Numbered from the stretch's first letter, positions 1 through 12,646 are shown. The stretch is DNA of 32,000 nt from Ureaplasma parvum serovar 3 str. ATCC 27815 (GCF_000019345.1 NC_010503.1:690001-722000), one strand, 5' to 3'. Program-made: numbers and translations. Notes: a model not told the origin generated them from the sequence alone.

Positions 1-3000
1 CATTATTAACTTTATCAGATATTTCATTATTCTCATTTCTTAAGTACTTACTTAATAATGGTTTTAAATCATTTATGTAAGATAAGTTGATTACTTGATA
101 TGATCCAATTGGTAATTTTTTAATAGAAAATTTGTATTTAAATCGTTTTTTGAAATTAATTTCATCAATATTTTCTTTATTATAATATTTTGCATAATCT
201 TCTTTTGTAGCTTGAACATATTGATTTGTTTTTTTATCGATAACTGGTTGAATTTGTAGCGTTGTAAATTGACCTGTTACATTATTTTGCAATACTAGTA
301 AAAACGGTTTATTTTCACGTTTTGGATCGTGTTTATTTAAGAACTCTTCTGATAAATAAAATTCACGTTCTTGCATTGTATCAATTTCGTTCTGTAGATT
401 ATTAGCTTCTTTTTCTCACGTTGATTTCGAACTACTTGTAGGCTCATTTTTAATTTTTTGATTTAATTTATTAATTTGGTGTTCTAAATCATGAATGATC
501 TTAGCGTCATATTCAGAATAATTAACATCAAACATTGGAATGGCTTTATCTTTTAATTTTAATTTACGTAAATCAGCTCTATTTGTTAGGTGTTGTGGAT
601 TATAAACTTCACTTGTTTTAATATTTGTTGGCGTTACCAATTCACGAATAATATCAGCGTCTTCTTCACTAATATGTAAACGTTTCAAAGCGTAATCTAA
701 TTCTGCTTTATTTTTATAACGATCAAAAAAGTTTTTTGGCGTTCAAGATCCTGTTGGATTTAATTCATAACCTGAGCTTTTATTATTTTTTAAATCAATT
801 CCATCAGGTGTTAAAAATAATCCTAATGCTGAGTCATAAGTACTACCAGCATATTTATCAAAGTTTTGATAAGAAATATCAAATTTACCACTATTTGCAA
901 ATGTCACAAATGTGTTTGGCGGTAATGCTTGTAACTCTAATTTTACATAACCATTCAGATTACGGTCAATTAAATCTTTAATAGCAATTACAGCTTTTCC
1001 AATATCAGCTGGTTCGGTAGGATAAACAAATTTTAAAACAACTTGTTTTTTATCTGGATGTTTTTTCTTATATTTATCTAAATAAAATTTAGCAACTTGT
1101 GGATCAAAACCAGTATCTTTTCGGTTAATATTTTCAAATGTTGAATTTTTAGCAGCAACGTGGTCACTAAAATCATTATTTTGGATTAAAAAAGAACGGT
1201 TTTGTTTTCTTGTTTCATGTGTTTTTTCATCTTTAATAGTATCAATGTATTCACTATCAAAACGTTTATTATCAAATCAATATTCTAAATTACGCCCTTT
1301 TGAATCTTTAATTCTTTGAAATGATGTTCAAGTTGTAACTGGAAAAGATGAAGTTCAACCAGATAATTTTAATATGTTTTCTCTGTTAATAGCAAAAGCA
1401 ATTGCACGTCGTAAATCAGGATCTAGGATTGGAATGTCCTTATTAGGATTTTTTAAATATTCTTGATAACTATCATAACGTGATTGACGATCTAAATTAA
1501 ATTGCATTGCAACCGTTCCAGCCCCTGCTTGTTTTTTCATTAAATCACGCATTTTACTTTGCGCTCAGAATTTTAATTGATATGATGGTGGAACAGTAGT
1601 TGATGAAATCATCCCTTGTTCAAATCAAAGTGATGTAACTTCATTTTTAGAATTAAAATAAATTTTAATCTTATCGCTAATTGTTCAATTAGCTGAAAAA
1701 TAATCTTTATTTTTTTCTAATGTCATATAACCTTGAGGTCCTAAAACAACATCAGCAATATTAAATGGACCGCTTCAAACAAAATTTTCAAGAGTAGAAC
1801 CGAATTTTTCAATTCCACCATGTGTTTCAATAAAACGACGATTAACTGGTAGTAAAGCTTGGTTTCCTAAAATATCAGTCAATAAAACACTAAATGAAGG
1901 TTTTGGAGCATAAGTCTCAAATTCCATTAGTAAATCAAAACGTGAAGTTGGTAATGATTTAAATTTAAATAAATCTTTTGAATTAGCTAAAGTTTGTAAA
2001 TCATCACTTGCCAACTTTTGACGATGATTAAACGAAGGGTTTTCAATTAAATTAATAACAATTTTTTCAGGTGTGTTTTTATCTGGTTTTTTATGATCAT
2101 ATTTAGGATTAAAAATTGTTAAAGTTTTTGACTCATGAAATTTGAAATCCTTATTTTCAGGTAATTTTAAAGCTTCTTTTAATTCTTTATTTGAAATATT
2201 AGTATAGGCTTGACCTGTACTTAATCCAATTTCATAAGCTGCTTTTTTAATTGCCGCAATTTCTAGATCATCAACAGGGTGACCATTTTTATCAAAAGTT
2301 TGGTTTTGGTATGGAACAAAATTAGGATCTTCTTCTCATTGACCTGTTTGCTTATTTAAAATATATGGAGCACGACCAAAAGGGTTTTTATAAGGAACGC
2401 CATGTTTACGAATATATTCTTCTTGAGCATCATTAAAAGCGTTTGTTCCTTTGATGTTAAAACGTAATAAGTGTGAACGTAATTGACTACCAGTATTTAA
2501 GTCTAAAATATACTGAATTGCATCAATGAAATCTTGTGCATTAACTTCTTTACCATCACTTCATTTCGAAGCGCCAAAATTAGTTGTAAATTTTGTTGCA
2601 ACAATACGATTATTTGAATTGTTATAAAAAACTCATGTTGGATCATCTTCACTAACTGTTGGTGCTAACGCTCCAGAATTAATTCCAAAAGATGATAAAT
2701 CAACATATGATGGTGATATTCTCATACCTTCTAATTGTGCATCAGTCATATTATTAAAACCTGCATCAACTGGATTTTTATATTGATTTAAAAACAACTT
2801 TGATATTCCTAATAAGTTACCGATTGTTGAATTTGTTGATGGCGCTTCTTTTATTAAACCATCTACTAGTGAAAATACAATTTTACGAAGCGATGCAAAT
2901 TTTACATAATTCAATGTGTTGATTGCATCCATTGCCAAACCAAAATTACTACCATCTTCTAAATATGGACTAATTTTATTTTGTTCTTTAGTGGTCTTAG

Positions 3001-3091
3001 TTCTAGCACAAGAAGCAATAATCGCAGCAACGGGAATTAAACCAACAATTCCAATAGATAAAAATATAATTTTCTTATTTATTTTTTTCAT
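1..3091 (-). CDS. oppA: Oligopeptide ABC transporter substrate-binding lipoprotein (OppA-like, SBP family 5); 3' end runs off the window
   Basis: ATG at 3091. Signal peptide MKKINKKIIFLSIGIVGLIPVAAIIAS|C has a lipobox. Track ORFs 2633-3091, 1775-2014, 1355-1552 and 416-688 share one frame. I read all gap codons and found 12 in-frame TGA and no TAA/TAG down to base 2. SBP-5-like stretches are present (AGTVAMQFNLDRQ, PDLRRAIAFAINRE). It is the last gene of the opp cluster. Confidence 0.8.
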
Positions 3092-3109
3092 TTTAAACTC
3101 CTTAATTTA

Positions 3110-6100
3110 CTAAACTGAGAATTGGTTTGAAATTCTAATAATTGTACGATTTTTATCTTTTGTATTTTCGTTTCTTGCATAAACTGGTGAAACAGTATAT
3201 GATTTACCGTTTTCAGCAACATATTTGCGTGAACCTAAAGTCATTAAACTTTTTGGGTTTTTTGGATCACTTAAATCCATAACTTCTTTTAGATCTTTAT
3301 CCACAAAATATATTTCAAATTCACTTCCTTTGGCATTAATTGAATCATAACCAATTAATTGGTTAGTGAAATTAGATAAAATTGCATAATCACTTGTTCA
3401 TGAAACATAACCTTCATCTTCTAATGTTCATTTAGAATTAATGTCTGATTGACGTTTTAGATAAAATAAATTATTTGTATTATCTGTGTGAACATCGATA
3501 TATTCTATTTTGCCATTATTTTTATTTTTTATTGCAATTTTTTTAACTTTATCCTTATATTCTTTTTTAAAGAAACCATACATTAAAATAGAATCTTTTT
3601 CTTTATTTCGATAAATTTGAGCTAATGTTCGATCACCAATACCTTTTGATCTTAATATATATAGTCACATTGCTCGAGCACGATCTGTTACTTTTGTTTT
3701 ATTATCTAATTCCAAAATATTTAAATGATCATCTTTAATTGGTTCACGATTGTCATCATAAATCTCTCAATCAATAATTTTTCTTAATCAACGGTCTTTG
3801 AAAAAACCATTATTTGTTAATCTTGTTTTACCGATATATGAATTAGATTTAGGACTTAAACGTGTTAGAAAAGAATATGAATTCAAATTATTTAAAACAT
3901 CACTATCATGAGTTTTTGTCAATGCTAAAAAGTTAGCATTAGATAAAAAGCTTTCCTTAACTTTATTAAAATTACTTTCTAATTCTTGTGGTTTTGTTAG
4001 ATAATCATCAAATAACTGTTGATTTTTTTGATAAACATTTAAAGCCTGATTTGCTAAAACATTTTGAATTTTTTCGTAATTATTTGTTGCAAATAAGGTA
4101 TTTAATGCGATTGTATTTGATACACTTAAGAAATTATTTACTGGAATTAAACGCTCGTTTCATTGTTTTGTATTATCACCACTAAAGACATATTCATTCC
4201 CTGTATTAAAATCACTTAAACCTGAAATATAATTTGGTAGGTTATCTAACTCATTTTGTGAAGGAATAAATACAGTTTGTACATAATCACGTGTTAATAC
4301 CTCAGCAATATTAAATACATAATCCCCAAAAATTTCGTTTAATTTTTCTTGAACACGTTTTTTATTTAATGTTACATAATCTGATGAAACAACAGTTCCA
4401 TCAGCATTTGGAATTTCAGACGATTGAGAAATCCCAAAAAATGATCCTAATCAACCATAAATATCTTTTGAACCACCAGGTATATCAGTATAAATTGTAA
4501 ATCCAAAAGCATATTGTAATAATTGACCAAAGTTTAAAGTGTTATTCTCACGGTGTTTTCGTTCAATTTCAAGTTGAATTCCTTTAATAATTGAATCAAC
4601 AGTACGTACATTTTTTTGGTTTGGTTTTGCTTTTCAAACATTCTGTGGATTACCAGCAAAATTATATGTATCAAGTGGCTCTCCATATGGTGAGCCTGGT
4701 CTTTCATATTTATTACCAAAACTTCTAAATCCATATAAACCTAGTTTGCCATCAAACACTTGTTTGTATTTATCTAATTCAGATGGGTTAAAATCTTTTG
4801 ATTTATAAAATTTAAAAATATCATTAGATTCTGTAAATCCATCAAATAATAAACCTGTCAGATTTTGTTTAAACTCTTCTAGTGTTAGATTTTTATATGC
4901 TTCTTGTTTTTTTATTACTTCATTGAAAAATTTATCAACATCATAACGTTCTTTTAAATATTCATAATCTCATTTACGAACATTTTCATGACTTGAGCTT
5001 AAAGCATTTTCCACAATTGTATATTTAGCTGGATCCACAGACATAAATTCAATTAAAGAAGGAATATCTTTAAATTTAATTGTGTAGAATTTTGATCCAT
5101 TATTTTCAAGTGTAAGAGGAGTGAATGATCCATTATTTGATTTTAGATAATCAAAATTAATTGCTTGTGCTTCAGCAGGCGTTAAAATCATTAATGGGTA
5201 AATTTCTTTTTCTGTTAATTCGTCAAGCTTTTTTAAATGTTTATTATCTTTTCCATCACCTCTATCAACAATCAACTTAATAGTTCCAAATTCATTTAAA
5301 TTTATCATGCTTTTATTAAATAATTGTTCATATGAAGTAATTTTATTTTGTGTAAGATAGCTAGGACGGATACCAATAATTGATTCAACTGATTCTTTTG
5401 TTTTTGTTCTTAAAATATTTTGATATAGTTCTTTTTCTTTTGGTTTAACAAAATATTTATAACCATTATTACCTTCAATTCCAGCGTCAAAATAATTAAA
5501 TAATGTTGTTTGAGCAACTACATTAACATTTTTAACACCGAAACGATCAAACTGTTTGTCATAATATTTTTTAATTTCTATTAATTCTGGATCAAGTTTG
5601 CTGACTTCTTCTTTAGATTTATTATCTCAAATTTTTGATGCATTGTATTGTAAAGTTAATAAAGCATATTTAAATTGGTCAAAGGTTTTATTTGTAATAT
5701 CTTCGCCAATAATTTGCGAAAGAACTTTTTTATAATATGGAACAGATGATGCATTCGCTTTTTCATCTAATTTTAAAGATTTGCTAATGTTAAAATCAGG
5801 GTATTTAAACATCGCATCAGTAATTCGTTCAGCTCATTTTCGTTTTTCATTTGAAGTAAACATTGGGTGATCAAAATATGTTTTTAAATTAAACATTGAT
5901 GTATCAAAATTACCGTTTTCATCTCAACCACCATTATAGTAATTTTTAACGATTAGGCTATTAATTGAATCTTGTATCTCTCTCACTTTTTCATTAAGTT
6001 TTCTTGTGTTAATTGTCCCATCTGATTTTAAACAAGTTGATAAATCAATTACTGGTGTATTGTTTTTGGTTTTAATTAAAATTTCAATATCATCTTTTTT

Positions 6101-8761
6101 GTATGGATGTTTTTTCTTGTGAAGTTTATAAACAATTGCTCTACCATCTTTACTAAATTTAATTGGTGTTCCCATACCATCTTTTAAAATACCATCATAT
6201 TTTGAAAGTCCTGGTTTTTCAATAACACTACCAAATTTAAAATTATCATTTTTTTGTTCTTGACTATTTTGATCATTATAAAAATAATATTCAGCTTTTA
6301 AACGACTTGGATCTTTAATGTCAGGGCCAAATGATGGGTTAACAGTTGCAGATTCATGATCAAATGAATTCATAATAAATAAATCATATGGTTTAACATT
6401 ACGTAATTTTGCCGCCTCAAATAATTCATCGTATTTTTGTAAAAAACGACGTTTTTTATTATAGAAAAAGGCTTTAGGATCATCAGCATTAACGGAACCA
6501 AAAATATCTTTTTGTGTTTCTCAAACTGGATTTTTAGGATCGTTATTTAATGAAAAATTAAAGAATGACCCATCTTTTGTTGGATTATAATCAACATCAG
6601 TTTTTCTAAAGGTAATTCCGCTAGAACGTGCATTTAAATAATCTTGTAATGCCTTACCATTTACATATGATTCATCACTAACTCCCGATCTAGAATCAAT
6701 TCCTCCACCAATAACTGAATCATTACTATCACTAATATCTTTCATGTCTTGTAATGTTTGGTGATGTCCATATTCGTGTGTACTTACATATTTTAAATAG
6801 TTAATACCTGTTGTTTTAAATGCAGGATCAGATTGAGCAACTAATGATAAATAAGGAATTCGATCAGTTACATAAATACCTTCGTATTCACCATTAACAA
6901 CTTTATATGTATTTTTACCATATTTATCTTGAACAACTTCTGTATGAATACCATTAATTTTTTGTAATAAATGACGATTTTTATTTAAAACCTTATCTAA
7001 TAAACCGCTATATGCATCAACATAAATAGTATAAGTTTTAATAATTTTGCCGTTAACAAATTTACTTCCTTGTTTAATCAAACGAGGTGTAAAAACATCA
7101 AAATAATTAGCCGCAACTTTAAGAGTGTTGAAAGCATCATCAAAACTTGAATCATAATTATAACCTTTTGGATTATTTTTAGGTGATTCTAAAATTAAAT
7201 CTTTATCATCTTTTGTTGTTAAAATTAGTTTATTTAAACCTTCGACTTTTGTTTTAGTAATAGTTACCAATGAAACTTTTTTCTCATCATAGTTAACTAA
7301 TTCAGATTCTAATAATGATTCTTTTGATTTATAAAAATGGGGATTTTTACCATTACCATCAATATCATAAATATAAAATTGTTTATTTTTAAATGTAGAT
7401 TCAACATCATAAACATTTTTAAAATTTTGTTTTTGATCAATATAATCATTAAAATTTTTAGTAATTATTTCACGTAAACTTGATGCTAAAATACTATTAT
7501 CATTTTGAATAAATTCATCATTTGAACTTGATTTAGTAGTGAATTCATCCTTAAACATGTAGTATTTAATTTTTTGTTGTTGGCCACCAATGGTTGCATC
7601 AATTAGTAAATAATTTTGATTACCACTTGATTTACCAATTGATTCAAGATCAAGCGAACCACCAAAAGGAGATGAAGCACTAGCATTAAATTCCAAAAAT
7701 TCATTAATTTTAATTTTATTAATTTCATCCATTTTAACGTCGATTTTAGGATTAAATTTTTTATCTTTTGGAATTAACCCTTTAACAAATTGTAATTCGT
7801 TTAAATATGCTTGTACTTTTTGTTTTGCTTGTTGTTCGTTTTGAGCATAAAAAAGATAATTTAATGTTCGATCACTTGCTTTAAGATTTTTTAAATTAGG
7901 AAAATTTAGTGGATCTTTTGTTAAATCAAAGTACTTATCAGCATTAAATAAATAAGTATTTTTTGCGTTTTTTAGGACATCAATTAATTTAACACCACCA
8001 AAACTATGGCTATTATATGCTGAAATCATTAAAGGAATTTTTTGATGATATTCTTCTAATTCTTCTAATGTCATAGCATCTTTATTAACTTGTCGTGCTA
8101 ATGAATCATAAGCATTGCCGGGGCCAGCATTAATATTATAAATTGGTAATGAACCAAAAAAAGCATCTGGGAAGAATTCAATTACTGTTCTTTCTCTTGT
8201 ACCACTATGTAACCCTAGTGTAATTGCGTTACCATTTTGTTGAATTCCACGACTTAATTTAAATTCTTTCAAAGTCAACAAATCCGGTCCTCAAGAAACA
8301 TTTTTAAAGAATCAATTAGTAAACTCAATGAATTCGTCTGGAGAAATACTATTGATATAATTGTTATTGAAAACAATTGGGCCCACTTCTAATCTTAAAT
8401 TTGGTAAGTTGTTGTTATTTAAATTAACAAAATTATCTAAAAATTCAAGATAAGAAATTTTCTGACCTTTTTTATATTTTCCAAAATCAATTAATAATGT
8501 TACTTGTGTATTATTACCTTTTTTTGCTTTAAAATCATAATCAGCAACTGGTTTGCCAAATTGATCCATTAATAAAGCACGATCTACTTGACGATTAGGA
8601 ATTGTCGTATCAAAACTACTGTTAACTTGTAATGTTTGACGTCCAAGTCCACCAGTAGAAACAGCATATAATTTCATAAAACCAACAACAGCACCAGCAA
8701 ATGCACCAACTGATGCAAAAGCAATTGCAATTTTAGCTGATAATTTTAACCTTTTTTTCAT
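3110..8761 (-). CDS. Giant (1883 aa) membrane-anchored surface protein with PDxFFG motif and HEXXH (HEYGH) motif; function unknown
   Basis: ATG at 8761 with AAGGAG at 8772-8777. The N-terminal TM anchor LSAKIAIAFASVGAFAGAVVGFM has no lipobox Cys. Track ORFs 8312-8761, 6521-8281, 5924-6373, 5627-5812, 4970-5308 and 3110-3304 share one frame. All gaps read by hand gave 15 in-frame TGA and no TAA/TAG before the TAG at 3110-3112. PDAFFG lies at 8153-8170 and HEYGH at 6764-6778. Confidence 0.85.
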
Positions 8762-8779
8762 ATTGCTTTCGCTCCTTTT

Positions 8780-10099
8780 CTAATATTTTCCTGCTTTTCA
8801 ATTAGCAATTTCTTCATCTGTCCCAAGAATATAATGATCGTTTCCTAAATGAATTCATTTTGGTTGTTTTGTTGGTGTATATTCATGCATGTTAGCATCA
8901 TATACATAACCTAATAGTGATTTTTTTTCTGAATCAATTGAAGGTACAGCTTCCATTAGAGAACGTGTGTATGGATGTAAGAAATTATTAACAATTTCTT
9001 TTGTTGGACCAATTTCTAACAACACACCCTTATTCATAACTGCAATTCGATCTGAAATATATTCAACCATTCGTAGATCATGAGCAATAAATAAAATTGT
9101 TAAATCATATTTAGTTTTTAATTCTTTAAAAATATTCACAACTTGAGCTTGAATTGAAACGTCTAAAGCACTAATTGGTTCATCAGCAATTAATAACTTC
9201 GGACGAAGTGCTACAGCTCTTGAAATCCCAATTCGTTGTTGTTGACCACCTGAAAATTCTAATGGATAACGGCGAAGAACGGTTTCATCTAAACCAACTG
9301 ATTTTAAAACATCTAAAATTAAATGGCGCGTGATGTCTGTTCTTGTTTTTGATTTTCAAGTATTAATATCATTAAAAGCTTTTTGTAATTTTTCATCATT
9401 ATTATCTAATGATAAATGATTTAATTCTAATTCATTGAATAATTGGATTAATTCTTGTTGAGCAGTTTCATTTAAATAATCAAACTTTAAATCTTGTGCT
9501 TTTTCTAAAAAAATTTGTACTTGTTCATTATTTAAAAAATTTTTTGCTTTAAGTTCTTTTTTTAATCCTCGTAAATAATCTTTATAAATTAAACGTAAGA
9601 AAGATTTTTTCAAATCTTTAATATTATTTAATCCTTCTGAAACAACTGTTTCAATATTTACATAAGGATTAAGTGAATTCGATGGATCTTGAAAAATCAT
9701 CTGCACATTATTAACCATAAAATCAGTTAGTTCTTTAGTAACTTTCTCACCTTGTTTAGGCAATTTAATACCATCAATAATAATATCCCCAAAACTATGA
9801 CGCGCTAAACCAATTAACGCAGATCCGGTTGTTGATTTACCAGATCCTGATTCACCAACTAATCCTAAAACTTCACCTTGATAAATATTAAATGAAATAT
9901 CTTTAACCGCTCTAAATTTTTTAAATCCATGACCATAAGTAACATCTAAGTGACGTACTTGTACTAAACGCTTTTTTTCAGGATTTGCATTTAATCGTTC
10001 TATTAAACCTTCAGTAACTGGGCGAATAGTAATTTTGTCTGGTAAACAAAAACGTTTTTTGTGATTAAAAAAGGCTTTTTTCTGGTTTGTATCACTCAT
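8780..10099 (-). CDS. oppF: Oligopeptide ABC transporter ATP-binding protein OppF (439 aa) with ~90-aa insertion
   Basis: ATG at 10099 with AAGGAG upstream. Motifs seen: Walker A GESGSGKST, signature FSGGQQQRIGISRA, Walker B LLIADEP, and the C-terminal HPYTRSL oligopeptide-transporter motif. Fragments 9356-10099 and 8855-9139 share a frame, with TGA at 9356, 8855 and 8798. The true stop is TAG at 8780-8782. Confidence 0.9.
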
Positions 10100-10119
10100 A
10101 ATTGATGCTCCTTATTTTA

Positions 10120-11640
10120 TTAATTATTTTCTTGTCGTTTTTTAAAATTATTTCATTTATCTAAAATTATTTGTGGAGGTGTATACTTTTCAGCACGTTC
10201 ATCTAATAATGCTGATTTAACACGATGAGTTTCACTTACATGATACATTTCAGGTTCATGTTCAAAATCACGAGTTAATGCATAATCATTACGAATAGCA
10301 AATGCATCACCAACTATGTCATTTAAACGTGATGGAACAGAACCTTTAATTGTTGCTAAACGATCACCTTTATTAACGTCAGGCATTGACATAATTAAAC
10401 CTCAAGTATATGGATGTTGTGGGTATCATAAAATTTCATCACGCTGACCTTCTTCAATAATTTGTCCAGCATACATAATAGAAATATAATTAGCAATTGA
10501 AGCAACCACTCCAAGATCGTGAGTAATAAAAATAATACACATTTTAAATTTCTCTTGTAACTCACGAATAACATCTAACACTAAAGCTTGCACTGTTGGA
10601 TCAAGCGCTGTTGTTGGTTCGTCTAAAACTAAAATTTTTGGATGTAATGAAACAATTGAGGCAATTACAACTCTTTGAATCATTCCACCAGATAATTCGT
10701 GTGGGTATAATTCCATAATTTCTTCAGGATTATTAATTTTTGTTAATTTTAAATATTCAATTGATTTATTATAGGCTTCTTTTCTTGTCTTAACAATTCC
10801 ATTAATTAACATCCCTTCCATAATTTGCTTACCAATCTTCATGGTTGGATTTAATGTTGACATTGGATTTTGAAAAACTGCAGAAATTACTTTCCCTAAA
10901 TAACGTGATTTCTCTCAATCTTTGAAGCTAAAATCTTGAACTTCATTGTTATATAATAAAATTTTACCTTCTTCAACATTGGCATTTTTTCCAGCCAAAC
11001 CATACAAAAGAGAAGTAATTACTGATTTACCAGATCCTGATTCACCAATAATTGCATGGACTTCACCTTCATAAAATTGAACAGATGTATTTCGTAAAAC
11101 TAAAGCACGATCATTGGGTTTTGATGGGTTTGTAAAAGTTAAACGTACATTTTCGATTTCAGCTGCAATTTTTTTAACTGTACCATCTTTAAAACTTTTA
11201 TATTTAACATTTTTTTCAAATTTTTCAAAATCAAAGTTTTTTCGTGAATTAGCAGCTTTAAAAGCCATTGTTTGTTTTTTATGTTTTTTATTAGCTATTG
11301 TAGTTTCTTTTTGTTCACTAATTTCATTAATACCACTAGCCTGTTCATTAATTAATGTTGTTGCTAAGATTTCTTCATTTAAATTTTGATTTTGATTATT
11401 ATCTTTAACATTAATTTCTTCTTCTAAAGTAACAATATCTTGAATATTAACTTTTTCATTAGTTAATTGTATATTAATGTCTTCTAAATTATTTAATTGT
11501 GGTTCTAAATCCACCTCTTGTTCATTTAAACAAACATTATTTGAAGTTAATTTTAAAATTTGTGGTTTTAATGTTTGAATAAAAGCGCGTTGACTACGAA
11601 GATAGTTAATATAAGTATATCGGTTGTTTTTTTGTTTCAT
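10120..11640 (-). CDS. oppD: Oligopeptide ABC transporter ATP-binding protein OppD (506 aa) with long N-terminal extension
   Basis: ATG at 11640 lies 3 nt after the oppC stop. Motifs seen: Walker A GESGSGKS (11023-11046), signature LSGGMIQR, Walker B ILVLDEPTTALD. Three track fragments share one frame, joined by TGA at 10915, 10426, 10402 and 10153. Stop is TAA at 10120-10122. Confidence 0.9.
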
Positions 11641-11643
11641 AAA

Positions 11644-12642
11644 TTATCTTTGACGTCTTAATGCGTCTTGTGTGGCACCCCCAACTAATTGAATTGAAGC
11701 AACTAAGCAAACTAGTAAAAATGATGGAATTAAAGTAAAACGTGGATATAAAGTAATGATTGATGAACCATCTGCAATTAAATTACCTAAAGTTGGTGTA
11801 TTTGGTAAAGATAAACCAATAAAAGCAAGTGATGATTCAGCTAAAATAGCTCCTGGAATACTAAATACTAATTGAGTAATCATCATTGGAATTAAAATTG
11901 GTAAGAAATTTAAAATAATTTTTCATGCTTTTGTTCCTAATGTTTTTGAAGCTGCAACCCATAAAAAACTACGAGCACGTTTAACTTGTGAACGCATTTG
12001 ATTAGCCATTGCAATTCAACCAGAAAATGAAATAGCAAAAATCATAACTCCAAATGATGGTTTTAAAATAATTGTTAAAATCATTAAAATGATGATTGTT
12101 GGAACGTTTGTTAAAATTTTAATAATGAATGTCATGATTTTATCAAACATTTCAAAATAACCCATTAAAATCCCTAAAGTTACTCCAACTACTAATTCAA
12201 TAGCAGTTACAATAATAGCAATTCCTAATGAATAACGTAATCCTCACCATAGCATGGCTCATAAATCACGCCCATTATTGTCAGTTCCAAAAATAAAACC
12301 ATCTGTAAAATAATCTAAATATCGTTTATTTGGTCGTAATTCTGTTGGTGATCCTGTTGTAAAAGGAATAATAATTGCCAAAATAAATAAAATAATAATA
12401 ATTGCTAATCCGATTAATCCAGAAAAAGAACGTCCGTATCGGTTAGCAAATTCACGAAAAGGACGAGGGCGCCCTCCCATGTATGCATTATCTCTAAACT
12501 CAATTAAATGACCGATAATCTTTCATTGTTGGTGTTGAAAAGGTTGTAAAAACTTATTTGGTGCATCAGATGTTAATTCATCTATAAATGATGAAGTAAT
12601 ACTTTTTGATTTTTGTTTTAAATATTCTCCAAACTTCGCCAT
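11644..12642 (-). CDS. oppC: Oligopeptide ABC transporter permease OppC (332 aa)
   Basis: ATG at 12642 lies 4 nt after the oppB stop, extending the track ORF 54 codons upstream through one TGA. The OppC/DppC-type N-terminal motif GTDNNGRDLW is present, followed by multi-TM sequence. Gaps are joined only by TGA (12259, 12244, 12016, 11926). Stop is TAA at 11644-11646. Confidence 0.88.
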
Positions 12643-12646
12643 AAAT

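Noticed and set aside
736-981. Plus-strand ORF of 81 aa, and similar plus-strand ORFs at 2916-3113, 3988-4185, 11114-11389, 13425-13694, 19936-20298, 20992-21213 and 22602-22850.
   Set aside because: Each lies antisense within a long, well-supported minus-strand gene. They have low-complexity Leu/Ile/Phe/Ser-rich composition typical of AT-rich antisense frames, with no SD and no recognisable motifs.
4534-4734. Minus-strand 66-aa ORF inside the giant gene region.
   Set aside because: It is in a different frame from the continuous 1883-codon gene that covers it, and it has no independent support.
9833-9858. 26-nt exact direct repeat TGATTTACCAGATCCTGATTCACCAA, also at 11023-11048.
   Set aside because: Both copies encode the Walker A segment (GESGSGKS) of the paralogous ATPases OppF and OppD. 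This is paralogue conservation or gene conversion, not a mobile-element repeat.
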